From NCBI RefSeq assembly GCF_030684315.1, contig NC_081355.1:61841516-61905515 (forward strand): a stretch of DNA of 64,000 nucleotides, written 5' to 3'. A program made the position numbers and the translations under genes. The stretch's first letter is position 1; the number at the start of each line of letters is the position of its first letter. Positions 39,007-50,447 of this stretch are shown in pieces. The DNA comes from Stegostoma tigrinum. Lineage: Eukaryota. Below the pieces are notes generated by a model. It was not told where the DNA came from and did no database searches. It worked only from the letters and a program-made list of their open reading frames with translations.

Positions 39007-39738
39007 TACCTGAAAACCACTAGCAACATCCTATTCACGCTCTTTTGATCTGATATTTCTCAAGCACACAAGAATCATTATTACAGCCACTATTTATAAA
39101 TTAAGGAAGATTAAGGAGATTCTTTTTGATTTTGAATCATATAGTGTGTGTGTAGCTGTATGTGCTTATGTTAAACAGGCTTACATTCCTGGCACAAAAT
39201 CATAAACAATTTAGTTTAGTCTTCTTAGAACTCTACATTGTTGAAGTTGGTCTTTTCAATTTTAAATCCCTCAACATGGTTCAGCACCAAAAAATCATTG
39301 AGACCAATGCGAGGTCAAAAATGAATGAACGCATGGTGGACAAATGGCCATAGTTTAATCTGTTATGGAGGGAATTCAAAGTTCCTTCATAATTATAACC
39401 CCAAGCTATTTTCCTCTTGATTTTCGTTGTGTCAGGAAGGCCTGTTGTGCAAAATACACTCCCCTAACCTCCCCACACCACTCCTAATTTGGGCTCCCTG
39501 TTTTAAATGGGGAACATAAATCAGGTTTCCTCTCACATGATTTTTGTCTACTAGTGCAAAATGTGAAAGTCCGTTTAAAGCACACCTGCTTGATAGCTTC
39601 CAGGGAATTTAGGGGCACTCTGCAAGGCTAGTGTAAAATGTTCTGCCACCTTCAAAGGTCTCGAATTGTTCAAAGATGTGTTTTTAACACTGGTCAGCAT
39701 TGTGTAATTGTTCAATTGCATGGCAGTATTTTCCCAAT

Positions 39739-40130
39739 GGACAAACAGGCAGAAAGCTAGCCACCAGGATAAATGAACATCAACTAGCCACAAAACGACA
39801 TGACCCACAATCACTCGTATTCTTACATACAGATGAGGAAGGACACCACTTTGATTGGGACAACACATCCATCCAAGGACAAGCCAAACAGAGACACGCA
39901 CAAGAATTCCTAGAAGCATGGCATTCCAACTGGAACTCCATCAACAAATACATTGGCTCCAAATCAGTCTACCATTCTCTGAGAAAAAGAACAGGAAATG
40001 ACATCACCAACATAGGAAATGACATCGCCAACCCAAGGAAACCTAAACAGATAAATAGAAAGTGGGACATAACACCAGTGCTTCATCAAAGGCTCACTGT
40101 TGATGTTACCTAGAATGGAGATGAAACGTC
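39739..40130 (+). mobile_element. PLE family B, 5' part (GIY-YIG C-terminus up to the HHR); host of the Tx1 insertion
   Basis: GQTGRKLATRINEH..HHFDWDNTSI..EFLEAWHS; collinear with 27720-28063. Confidence 0.9.
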
Positions 40131-40134
40131 TGGG
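40093..40134 (+). ncRNA. Hammerhead motif reconstituted at the PLE/Tx1 5' junction (core mutated in this copy)
   Basis: CUCA-CUGUUGA-U-GUUACC(UAGAAU)GGAGAU-GAAAC-GUC^UGGG; A-to-U change in CUGAUGA and one stem II mismatch; 4-bp stem I CUCA/UGGG. Confidence 0.6.
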
Positions 40135-40334
40135 AATGAACCTTCCCGCTCAGTGAACCAGCTTACATCCGGAACGCAATAAAGACCCACTCTTTTGTGG
40201 ACCAAGAAGAGGAGAGCACAACTGTGTTGGAGCTGGAAGAAAGCTGTCGGGTTGGCTGTGAACCCTTGCAACCAGTGGATCTTAATGCTAGCTTTGGCCT
40301 AACGCTGGTTCAGGGGAGCAGCCAACCTTCAACA

Positions 40335-41799
40335 ATGGCTGCGGCGAGTGCTCGTGCCCCGGGTCAGGGGGTCCGGAACACCATCCGCATTTCTGTGAAG
40401 AAGGTGGATGAAGGTGCACCTGTGGACCGCACCTTCTTTGTGAAGAGGGTCCTGTTGGACTGTTGCGGGTTTGCTGCTGTGGACATTTACTGCCTGCAGG
40501 ATTTCCCTGGAGGAGGTTTTTACGATGTAACCTTCAGGAGTGCCGAGCTTTGCGAGTGCTTCCTGGATGTTTTCAAGGAGAAAGGAGGTGAGGGCCCCCT
40601 CTCTGTATTGACCGCTGTCCCGCTGTTCGTGATGCCAGCGCAGTGGAGCCGTATGGTGACTGTACACATGTACAACCCGCATGTGCCAGCAGTTGATGTC
40701 CTGACCTTCCTTGGAGGGTACGTGAAGGTGGAAGGGGACCTAACCAACATTATGGACGCCTTCGGCATCTGGACCAGTAAGAGGCAGGTCAAGGTGATGC
40801 TGAGGATGGGCGCGGACGGGAACATTGTACACCCACCGTCCAGCTTCGCGCTTGGCGGGAGCAAGGGCTATCTGACCTACGCAGGGCAACCTAAAGTCTT
40901 CCATGCCTGTGGTAGGTCAGGTCACGTGGCGGCCGACTGCAAAGCCACCATCTGCAGGAACTGCAGGGAGGAGGGACACCTTGCAAAGGATTGCCCACAA
41001 GAGAAAAGCTGCAACCTTTGCAGGGAAGCGGGCCACCTTTATAGAGCATGCTCGCGGTGGGGGACGACCTACGCCCACGTCACCGGCAGGGGCAATGCGG
41101 GGCAAACCCCCCCGGAGGAGAGGAAGGCACCAGGGCCCTGCAAGGACCCCGCTAATGTGCAGGAAGGCCAGGTCGTGCAGGAGGGTCCAGCCCCGCAGGA
41201 TGGGCCCGAGGCCAGCAAAGCGCCCCTGCAGGCTCAGCTCCCCCGCCGACAACCTGGAGTCGATGGAGGCGGCAACAGGTGATCCAGGGGAGTGGACAAC
41301 AGTCCAGAATGCGAGGAGGAAGGCGCTCCAGTGGGCCCAGGCACCGCAACCATCAGGCGGGAAGAGGCAGCTACAGGGGGACTATAAGAGCTCCTCTGAC
41401 GAGGGAGATTCAGAGGATGCCCGCCCAAAGCAGAAGTTAAAGATCTCAAGGGAGAAGGAAAGCAGCACCCCGCTTCCAGGTGACGGGAGGCGTCCTGAGG
41501 CTCCCTCCGACACCCAGCCATGTGCCGCTGGAGCCCTGGAGGGGCCCCTGGAACTTCCAGGCGGGAAGGAGGAAACAGCGCGTCCCCAGCCTGACCCAGA
41601 GCCGGACTCTCCTGCCTCCGTACCCCCAACGGGGGGATGCCACCCGGAAGGCAGCATGGACGGTTTCCTGAGCCCGGAGAGCATCCAGCAGTTAGCCCGG
41701 GCAATGGGCATGAAGGGACAGATGGAGGGGCTGGGCCTTGGACTTGGGGAGGGCACTGCAGTCACTGCCCACAATGGGGGTACGAGTTGCGAACATTAA
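40335..41799 (+). pseudogene. Tx1 ORF1, ZCCHC3-like zinc-knuckle nucleic-acid-binding protein (one frameshift near 41240)
   Basis: ATG at 40335 (acaATGG); knuckles FHACGRSGHVAADC (first C lost), CRNCREEGHLAKDC and CNLCREAGHLYRAC; low-complexity tail continues in frame 40903..41799. Confidence 0.85.
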
Positions 41800-44700
41800 T
41801 GTGCGCAGCGTCAAGTCCACTGCAAGATGTGTGTCCACGTTGGCCTACCTGACCACCGTCAAGGTGGACCTCCTGTTTCTGCAGGAGTGCGGGATACCGC
41901 ACCTCGGCAGGTACGGGAATTGGTCCGGCACCTGGACCTGTGGGCCTTCGATCTGGTTGGGGAGTAACAACTGTCGCTCCTTGGGCCTGGCTATTCTGCT
42001 GCGGGGGCGCAACTTCACCATCACTCAAGTTCAGGAGGTGGTGGGGGGGACGCCTCCTAGTGGCTGATGTCACCTACAGGAACGATCCCCTGATCAATGT
42101 GTATGCCCCAGCGGTACGGAGGGAGCGGGTGGCCGTCCCGCAGCGGCCTCCACCCCTGCTGGCTACGTCCAGGCCGGTCATCCTAGGCGGAGACTTCAAC
42201 TGCATCATTGATGCAGATGGAAGATCCGGCGTGGGGACAGCGGATGGGGGGAGTCAACTGGACGTCACGTCCAGATTCCTGATGGGCACCGTGAAGGATG
42301 CCAAGCTGCTCGATGTCTTCAGCACCCCTGCAGACTGAGCGCAGCGGAGATACACCTGATCGCTGCCAGACGGGTCTATCTGCTCAAGGATAGACTTCCT
42401 GTTTGTGTCACGGGCGTTCTCGGTCAGGTCCACCGGCGTCGAGCCGGTGTTCTTCTCTGACCACTGCCTCCTGCTGGCCGACTGTCACTTACAGGATGAC
42501 CAGCAGGCCGGCAAGGGGAGGTGGAAGCTCGACACGACTCTGTTGACCCCAGAGAACGTCGAGGAGCTTAAGAGGGAGTACGCCAGTTGGAGAACCGTGA
42601 AATCCCTCTTTGAGTCTCTGGGCGACTGATGGGAGACGGTGAAGGAGAACATCAAGAGGTTCTTTTTCCTCAAGGGTGTTCGGAAGGCGAGACAGAGGAG
42701 GGGAAAGCTGTCGCGACTCCAGAAAAGGGTGCAGAACCTGCTCCTTCTGCAGTTGATGGGGGTCGATGTCACGGAGGACCTCCGCGAGGTGAGGGGCCAG
42801 CGAGCCTCGTTCTTCGCCGCGGAGGCCTCCAGGATAATTTTCCGGTCCAGGGTCCACTCCGTGGAGCAGGACGAGACTTGCTCGCGTTTCTTCTTTCAGA
42901 AGGTGCACAAAGAGAGCTCTGTGCTTAGCTGGCTGAAGGAGGACGACGGCTCGGTGACGTTATCTTGGCTCGACATTTTGAGGATCAGCAGATCCTTATG
43001 CCGGACTGTACGACGCGAAGCCCACGGAGAGCACGGCCTCTGAGTCGTTCCTGTCATCTATCACGGAGGTCTTAGATGACGGCACAAGGGAGTGGCTGGA
43101 CCGGCCGACATCCCTGGACGAGCTGACCAGAGCCCTCAAGCCCTTGGAGAGGAATAAGACTCCCGGGAGCGACGGCTTACCGGTTGAGCTGTATTCCGCT
43201 CTGTGGGACCTGGTCGGCCAGGACCTGCTGGAGGTGTACGCTAGTGCGCTTCGGGCAGGGGAAATGTGCAAGTCCACGAGGAAGGGTATCATCACCCTCA
43301 TTTACAAGAGGAAGGGGGAGAGGGAAGAAATTAAGAATTGGCGTCCCATTTCACTATTGAACGTGCACTACAAAATCCTGGCCAAGGTCATAGCCAACCA
43401 GGTCAGGTCTGTCCTGGAGTCGGTGATTCACCCTGACCAAACCTGTGCTGTGCCGGGCAGGAAGATCGCTGAGAGCCTCGCGCTCATCAGGGATACGATC
43501 GCCTAGGTGCAGGACAGGCGGGTGGACACCTGCCCCGTCAGCCTGGACCAGGAGAAGGCCTTCGAAAGGGTCTCTCATGCTTACATGAGGGACGTCCTCT
43601 CCAAATTGGGGTTCGGGGAGGGCATCCGCAATTGGATCCGGCTGCTCTACACCAACATCGTTAGCGCAGTCTCAATCAACGGGTGGGAATCGGACAGTTT
43701 CCCCGTCAGATCTGGAGTCAGGCAGGGTTGCCCACTCTCTACTGCCTTGTTCGTGTGCTGTGTGGAGCCGTTCGCCGCATCCATCAGGAAGGACGTGAGC
43801 CTGAAGGGCGTGACTATCCCAGGCAGCGGAGGCCTTCAGGTCAATACCTCCCTGTACATGGACGATGTCGCCATCTTCTACACCGATCGTCGGTGGGTGA
43901 GTAGGCTGTTGGACATCTGTGGCCAGTTTTAACTGGCCTCGGGTGCCAAAGTCAATAGGGTTAAGAGCGAGGCCATGTTCTTCAGGAACTGGGACGACCG
44001 CTGCTTCATCCCCTTCACCGTAAGGACAGACTACTTGAAGGTGCTAGGTGTTTGGTTCGGTGGAGCTGGGGCGTGCACTAAGACTTGGGAGGAGCGTATC
44101 ACCAAACTGAAGCAGAAGCTGGGCAGGTGGATGCTCCGGTCCCTCTCCATCGCGGGTAAGAACCTGGTTGTCAGGTGCGAGGGGCTTTCGGTACTGTTGT
44201 ATTTGGAGCAGGCCTGGCCTATTCCGTGGACCTGCGCCGCTGCGGTCACCCGGGCCATCTTCCACTTCATTTGGGGGTCGAGGATGGACCGGGTCCGCAG
44301 GGACACCATGTACAAAGACCTGGAAAATGGGGGAAAGGGCGTACCGAACGCCACCCTCGCCCTGATGGCTACCTTTGTGTGCGGCTGTATCAAGTTGTGC
44401 ATAGATCCTCAGTACGCAAACACCAAGTGTCACTACTTAATGAGGTTCTACCTGTCCCCGGTGTTGTGAAGGATGGGCCTGGCCTCGTTGCCGCGGAACA
44501 CTCCGAGTAGTTGGACCGTCCCGTACCACCTGTCCTTCGTGCAGAAATTTTTGAAGGGAAACACCTTTGACCACAAGGCCGTCAGGCAGTGGTCAGCACG
44601 TAGTATCCTCGAGACCCTTTGGGAAAAGGGGAGGGTGGATCCTGTCGTGTGGTTCCCCACACAGACTGCCAAAATCGTTTGGCAGAATGCCTCATCGCCA

Positions 44701-45186
44701 GAACTTTCAAACAAGCACAAGGACATTGCTTGGCTGGCGGTGAGAGGGGCTCTGCCTGTGAGATCCTTTATGCATGCACGGAATCTCTGCGCCACCGCAC
44801 GCTGCCCTTGAGGTGGCTGCGGGAGGGACGAGACTGTCGATCACCTCCTTCTGGAGTGTGCCTATGCGCAGGAGGTCTGGAGGGGGATGCAGTAGTATTT
44901 GTCGAGGTTCGTCCCGATTAGCTCCGTGACGCGGGACTCCGTGCTCTATGGGCTGTTTCCCGGGACGCACACTGAGACCAACATCAACTGCGCCTGGAGG
45001 ACCATCAATGCGGTGAAAGAAGCTCTTTGGTCTGCCCGCAACTTGCTGGTCTGCCAGCTGAAAGAACTGACCCCGACCGAATGTTGCAGACTGGCGCACT
45101 CCAAGGTCCAGGACTACGTGCTGAGGGACACGCTAAAGCTTGTGGCAGCTGCCGCCAAGACGCGGTGGGGAACGACCACTGTATGA
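41774..45186 (+). pseudogene. Tx1 ORF2: AP endonuclease, reverse transcriptase and C-terminal zinc finger (several stops and frameshifts)
   Basis: NINVRS, LFLQEC, INVYAP, GGDFNC, SDHC (APE); KTPGSDGLPVE, NWRPISLLN, GVRQGCPLS, YMDD at 43855-43866 (RT); CP.GGCGRDETVDHLLLEC (Zn finger). Confidence 0.93.
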
Positions 45187-45470
45187 AACCCCTCGTCCAG
45201 AATAGAAAAAAGGGCCCTTTCTGGTAACTGGGCCCAGCTGGCGCCTTCCCCAACTGGTCAGGAGGCCAACTCGGACTGTGCATGGTGACGACTGCCAGGG
45301 CATTTTCTTTGCTTTGTTTCTTTTTTCTCTTCTTTGTTTGTTTTTTTCCTTTAGTTGGTGTACGTACTTCCTGGGTAACCCGGAGCGGCTTGCATGACTG
45401 GGTAGGTGTACAAATATGTTTTTTTTTGTACATCTTATGAATAAAGCATATTTTTTCAAATAAAACAAAA

Positions 45471-45564
45471 GGTGACGAAACGTCTGAAAACTAACCTTCC
45501 AGCTCAGCGAGCAAACTCACATCCAGAACCTCAACCTGAGCTACAAATCTTCTCAAAACTCGCT
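45471..45564 (+). mobile_element. PLE family B pLTR, 3' remainder downstream of Tx1
   Basis: ggtgacgaaacgtctgaaaa..caaaactcgct continues 40116 exactly as in the empty copy at 28050-28149. Confidence 0.93.
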
Positions 45565-46805
45565 AAAGGGAGGTGATGCATAACAAATCTGGTAGAATGT
45601 TTTCAGGAGATGACCAAGTGTTTGAAATGAGGGTAGGGCACTTGATGTAAGTTTCGTGGATTTCAGCAAGACGTTTGACAAGGTCAGACATGAGAAACCA
45701 ATAAAGAAGATATAAGCTCATGGTAATCAAGGTAACTTGGCAAGATGGGTGCTAAATTGGCTTAGTGATAGGACACAGAGGGTGTGGTAGAAGCTGTTTG
45801 TGTGACTGGAGCCCAGTGTGCAGTGGCTTAACATGGGGATCATTGCTAGGTCTCTCTGTTGTTAATGATATTCACAAATGATGTAGCTGAGAATGTAAAA
45901 GGGATGTTAAGTAAGTTAGTGGATGACATAAAGATTGGCCAGGTGGTTAACAGAAAGAAAAAAGGTATTAGGTTATGGGATGATATGCCAGATGGGCAAA
46001 TCAGTGGCAGAAGGAATTTAATCCTGATAAAAATGAGGTGATGCACTTTTGAAGAGGGAACAAGACAAGGAAACGTCCACGGAATGAGAAGACACTAGCA
46101 GCCTAGAGGGACAGTGATGTCTTGGAGTGTTTGTCCACAGATCCCTTAAGGAGGCAGGGCAGATTAATACAGTAGTTAAGAAGGCATATGAGATGCTTGC
46201 CTTCATCAATCATGACACAGACTGTAAGAGCAAGGAAGGCATGTTGGAGCTGTACAGAGCTTTGGATAGGCCAAAGCTGGAGTACTGTGTGCAGTTCTGG
46301 TCACCACACTATAGGAAGGAGGGGCTACATGGGAAGGGTTGGAAACAAGACTCACTGGGATGTGCCTGGGATGGAGCATTTCAGCTATGAAGAAAGGCTG
46401 GATAACTTCAGGTTGTTTTCTTTGGAGCAGAGAAGATTTGGGTGGAAACTGAGGGAGGTGTATAAGGTTAGAGCAGCATGGACAGGGTGACTAGAAAGCA
46501 GCTTTTCCCCTTAGTCATTAACATGGGTGAATAATTGTAAAGTGCATGGGAGAAGGTTTAGAGGGGATTTGAGGAAAACCTTTATCACCTCAAGGTTCGC
46601 GGGAATGTGGAATACATTGCTTCGGAGGGTAGTTGAGGCAGGAAACCTCACAACCTTTAAAAAATAATAGGGAGAGCACTGTTATAACATTCAAGAATAT
46701 GGGCATAGTGTGGGAAAATGTGATGAGATAGGTAGTAATAATTTTCGGGCAGTGCAGTGTTGGTGGGCTGAAGGGCCTCTTCTGTACTGTATGATTCTAT
46801 GATCC
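45565..46805 (+). mobile_element. 5'-truncated CR1 LINE
   Basis: SKLVDDIKIG, LELYRALDRPKLEYCVQFWSPHY; tail tatgattctatgat. Confidence 0.88.
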
Positions 46806-46849
46806 TGGCAACTAGCCTGTCTTTGATCCAATTTGTTTGTCAAACACTC

Positions 46850-48015
46850 TGTGCTTTGTGACAGAAAATGTTACAAGATCTTTCCTCACATTAGAATCTT
46901 GGTTACTGTTACCTTTGGAATGTTTATTGTGTCTTCTGTCATGAAGACCGATGCACAATATTGATTTAACTTTTATAATACTTTTTATAGACTTTTATAG
47001 TAATCGGTTTCACTTTTATTAATTACACAGTTGCAGCTTCCAAGTGTCCACACTTACTTTATCTACTCTTTGGTTGTTATATATCCATGGAAGTTTTTGC
47101 TGTTGGTTTTTACATTTCTCGACAATTCACTTTCAACATCATTTTTTCCCCTCTTTATTAGCTTTTCACTCATCTGGTGCAAGTTCCTGAAATACTCCAG
47201 TTCCTCTGGCCTACCAACCGTTTGTGTTGCTTTGTATGCCTTGGTTTTTAATTGAATACTCTCCTTACCATCTTTGTTAACCACAGGTAGTTCATCCTTC
47301 TCATAAAATCCTTCTTTTTGACCAAAATAAACGTTTGCCGAGCATTATGAAATACCTGCTTAAACATCCACCACTGCTGTATTGGTTGGCATTCTACTTA
47401 GTCTATTTCCCAGCCCACTTTCAAAAACTACAGCTAATGCAGGAGAAATTAAAAAGGTGCGCAAAAGCCTCATAACAGATTCAAAACATTAACTCTGTTT
47501 CTCTCTGCATAGTTGCTGCCAGACCTGTTGAGACTCTCTAGCTTTTTCTGTTTCTGATTTCAGCATTTGCAGCATTTTACCTTTATTTAACACTTTGGAC
47601 AGCCTTTTTTTCATACCTCTGTAGTTGTCCTTATTGAGGTTGTCGGCAATTGTTAAGATTCAAATTGCTTTCCTTCAAATTTGAAGATCAAATTCTACCC
47701 TGAGATAGTGGGAAATTCCAATGCTAGAGAATCTGAGACAACAAGGTGTGGAGCTGGATGAACACAGCAGACCATGCAGCATCAGGTCCAGACCTGAAAT
47801 GTCAGCTTTCCTGCTCCTCTGATGATGCCTGGCCTGTTGTGTTCATCCAGCTCTACACCTTGTTATATCATATTCCACCGTGTTGTGATCGTCGCTCCCC
47901 AGAGGATTCTTAATTATGATATCTTTTATTAATCCTACCTCATCACATATTACTTGAATTAAAATAACCTATTTCCGGGTAACTTCTGATAAATTTTGCT
48001 CTAAAAGGCAATCCC
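46850..48015 (-). mobile_element. Old CR1 EN-RT linker fragment with small PLE pLTR insertions (47430-47590, 47700-47867)
   Basis: ORF 47063..47284 resembles the CR1 linker (LSRNVKTNSKNF..YI); 47700-47867 is a decayed pLTR hairpin flanked by tcaaattctacc/tcatattccacc. Confidence 0.6.
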
Positions 48016-48017
48016 TG

Positions 48018-48150
48018 TTCTGAAGAAGCGTCACTGGACTTGAAACATTGACTCTTCTTTCACTCCACCGATGCTGCCAGGCCTGCTGTGTTTCTCCAGC
48101 AATTTATATTTTTGTGTCAGATTTCCAGTATCCACAGTTCTTTGTTATAT
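48018..48150 (+). mobile_element. Degenerate PLE pLTR with HHR relic
   Basis: CUGAAGA..GAAAC-AUU followed by gatgctgccaggcctgctg..ctccagca. Confidence 0.55.
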
Positions 48151-48769
48151 TTCAGCTGGTCCTGTACCTTAAGCAGAAAGCCCTGTTGGTTGCTATGCAA
48201 AGCGTGTGTGGGAGCACATGTTCAGACTGAAGACCAAACTTGTGAGGATTTAAATGAGATAGGAAGATTTACCTAGTTTGTCTGGAGGGAGGATTCTTCA
48301 ATGTGTTCCTCATCATGGAAGTCAGTTTTGGGTTTAGAAGATATCTGGATAGTAAAGGAACATGGAAGCAAGTCATCAAGAAAACTGAAAATTGCTTTGA
48401 AATTGTTCCTGGAATGTATCAGCTTAGGGGACACAGGAAAATATAATCGTGGACTAGAATTTTCTGTCATTTTAAAATTTAAATAAAGAACCTTTTCTGC
48501 AGTTTAGTAACACACGACTCATTAACATTTGCTCGAATGGACACACATTCATATGAAGGGATCTGCTTTCTGTAAACAAAAAGTTTTGACCCTTAACTGA
48601 ATTAATTGAGAATTTGAGGCCAATTTCCCCATTGTTTTCTCCATGGCAATACCTTGGTCAGAGCCAACTAATCAGTACTTTATAAATTGTTGTTTCCATT
48701 TAAATTTGACATTTTTCTATTTATCCCAATGAATACAAGGCAAAAATCTTCAACAGCATTTAATATTTC

Positions 48770-49093
48770 ACAATACTCCTGCAGTGTGGAAGCAGACCAT
48801 TCGGCCCATCAAGTCCACACTCACCCTCCAAACAGCAACCCTCCTGACCCACCCCATACCCTATCCCTGTAACCCTGTAGTTGCCGTGGTTAACCCATCC
48901 AACCTACACACCCACGGACACTATGGGTAATTTAGCCATCTGACCTGCACATCTTTGGGCTGTGGGAGGAAACCTATGTAGACATGAGGAAAATGTGCAA
49001 ACTTCACACAGACAGTCGCACGAGGGTAGAACTAAACCCAGGATCCTGGTGCTATAAGGCAACAGGGCTAACTGCTAAACCACTGCACCACCC
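48770..49093 (-). mobile_element. HE1-type SINE (diverged)
   Basis: Reverse-complement similarity to 7035-7348. Confidence 0.8.
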
Positions 49094-50085
49094 CAAGTCC
49101 AGATTCTACAGCTTCTTGAAAAATTGATTAGTAATTTTGGTAGGAAAGGCTTGACACTGTTATCACCTTCTATGTAACTGGGAAATTCTTTTTTAGCTTC
49201 CACCTCGGTAGGCCTCTCTCTCACATTCTCTCCTTCTCTCAAGCTCCACAAAACAACATTGGTAGAAGGACCCACTGAATATGTTTTGTTGCTCTTCTTA
49301 ATGTCCGTGGCTCATTTTCAGCTGTCTAAGCCAGAGACTCCAGCAGAAAATATTGTTGAAAGAAGTGCTGCAATCCCAGCAGAGACTGATAAGTTTTTAA
49401 AAGAAAAGAATCCACAAAGGAGAAGCAATTAAACTTTTCAAGCAGGCTTAAATACAAACTGCTAGGGAACACTGGAAAGTAGGATTATTTTTAAATCACT
49501 CATTAATTTCATGATTGATTCTAAATCTAGATTGTAAAATCAATGGTTCACCAGTCTATGCGTCTAATGTCTCAGTTATTGGCATGACATCCATTTCCAT
49601 TTAACTCTAAAGATTTTCAGTGTTTTAATGCATTGTTTCACAGGACATGGATGGCACTGGCTAGGATTTATTGTTCATCCTGAATTACTTTAAAAAGTTG
49701 GTGGTGTATATCCAACAACAACAACCTTCCGCTTTGTGCTAGGTATGAAGATCTTACCCTGATTCAAAGTGACCCCAGTTTTGTTACATCTTCTTGATGC
49801 CAAACGCAGTCAAATATTACATTGATATCAATGGTAGTCCTTCTTGCCTCACCTAGAATTTAGCTCTTTTATCCATGTTTAGACCATTGTCTTAATAATG
49901 CCAGGAGTTGAATGGCCCTGGTGGAACTCAAACTGAGCATCAGTGAGCAGGTTATTAGTGAATGGCTTCGGCTTCATAACACTCAACAACAACTCCCATC
50001 GCTTTGCTGACAATCAAGAGTAGGCGTCCGGGAGAGTGATTGGTGAGTTCGTATTTGTCTTTTATTTTGTTTGCACAGAAAGAGT

Positions 50086-50447
50086 GGAGGCAATGGCCTA
50101 GTGGTATTATTGCTGGACTGTTAATCCAGAGACCTAGGCAATGTTCTTGGGACCCAGGTTCAAGTAATGCCACGGCAAATGGTGGAATTTGAATTCAAAA
50201 AAACAAATTTAGAATTGAGAGTCTTAATGCTGACTATGAATCCATTGTTGATTGTTGGGAAAAACCCATCTGGTTCGTTATTGCCCTTTAGGAAAGGAAA
50301 CTGTCATCCTTAGCTGGTCTGGCCTACATGTGATTCCAGACCCACAACAAAGTGGTTGACTCTTAACTGCCCTCAGGCAATTAATGATGGGCAATAAATG
50401 CTGGCCTAGCCGTCGACACCCTCATCCTGTGAATGGATTAAAAAAAA
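50086..50447 (+). mobile_element. tRNA-derived SINE, family 2, full length
   Basis: A box (tggcctagtgg), B-box-like ggttcaag, tail gggcaataaatgctggcctagcc and A-run end. Confidence 0.85.

Larger units (their letters stand above)
40131..45470 (+). mobile_element. Full-length Tx1-clade (L1 group) non-LTR retrotransposon, inactivated
   Basis: GC-rich island with 5' UTR, CCHC-knuckle ORF1, APE-RT-Zn finger ORF2, T-rich 3' UTR, AATAAA at 45440-45445 and A-rich tail at 45458-45470. Confidence 0.92.

Noticed and set aside
40117-40175. Plain 59-bp target-site duplication
   Set aside because: The two copies differ at 13/59 while the downstream one is within 3/59 of an independent PLE copy; mismatches concentrate after the first 16 nt. 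Disfavoured, though not formally excluded.
40197-40334. 46-aa N-terminal extension of ORF1 in the ORF track
   Set aside because: Starts at GTG; in a eukaryotic element the first ATG in good context is at 40335.
40329-45468. Numerous antisense and alternative-frame ORFs over the Tx1 element
   Set aside because: Expected by-products of GC-rich coding DNA; no motifs.
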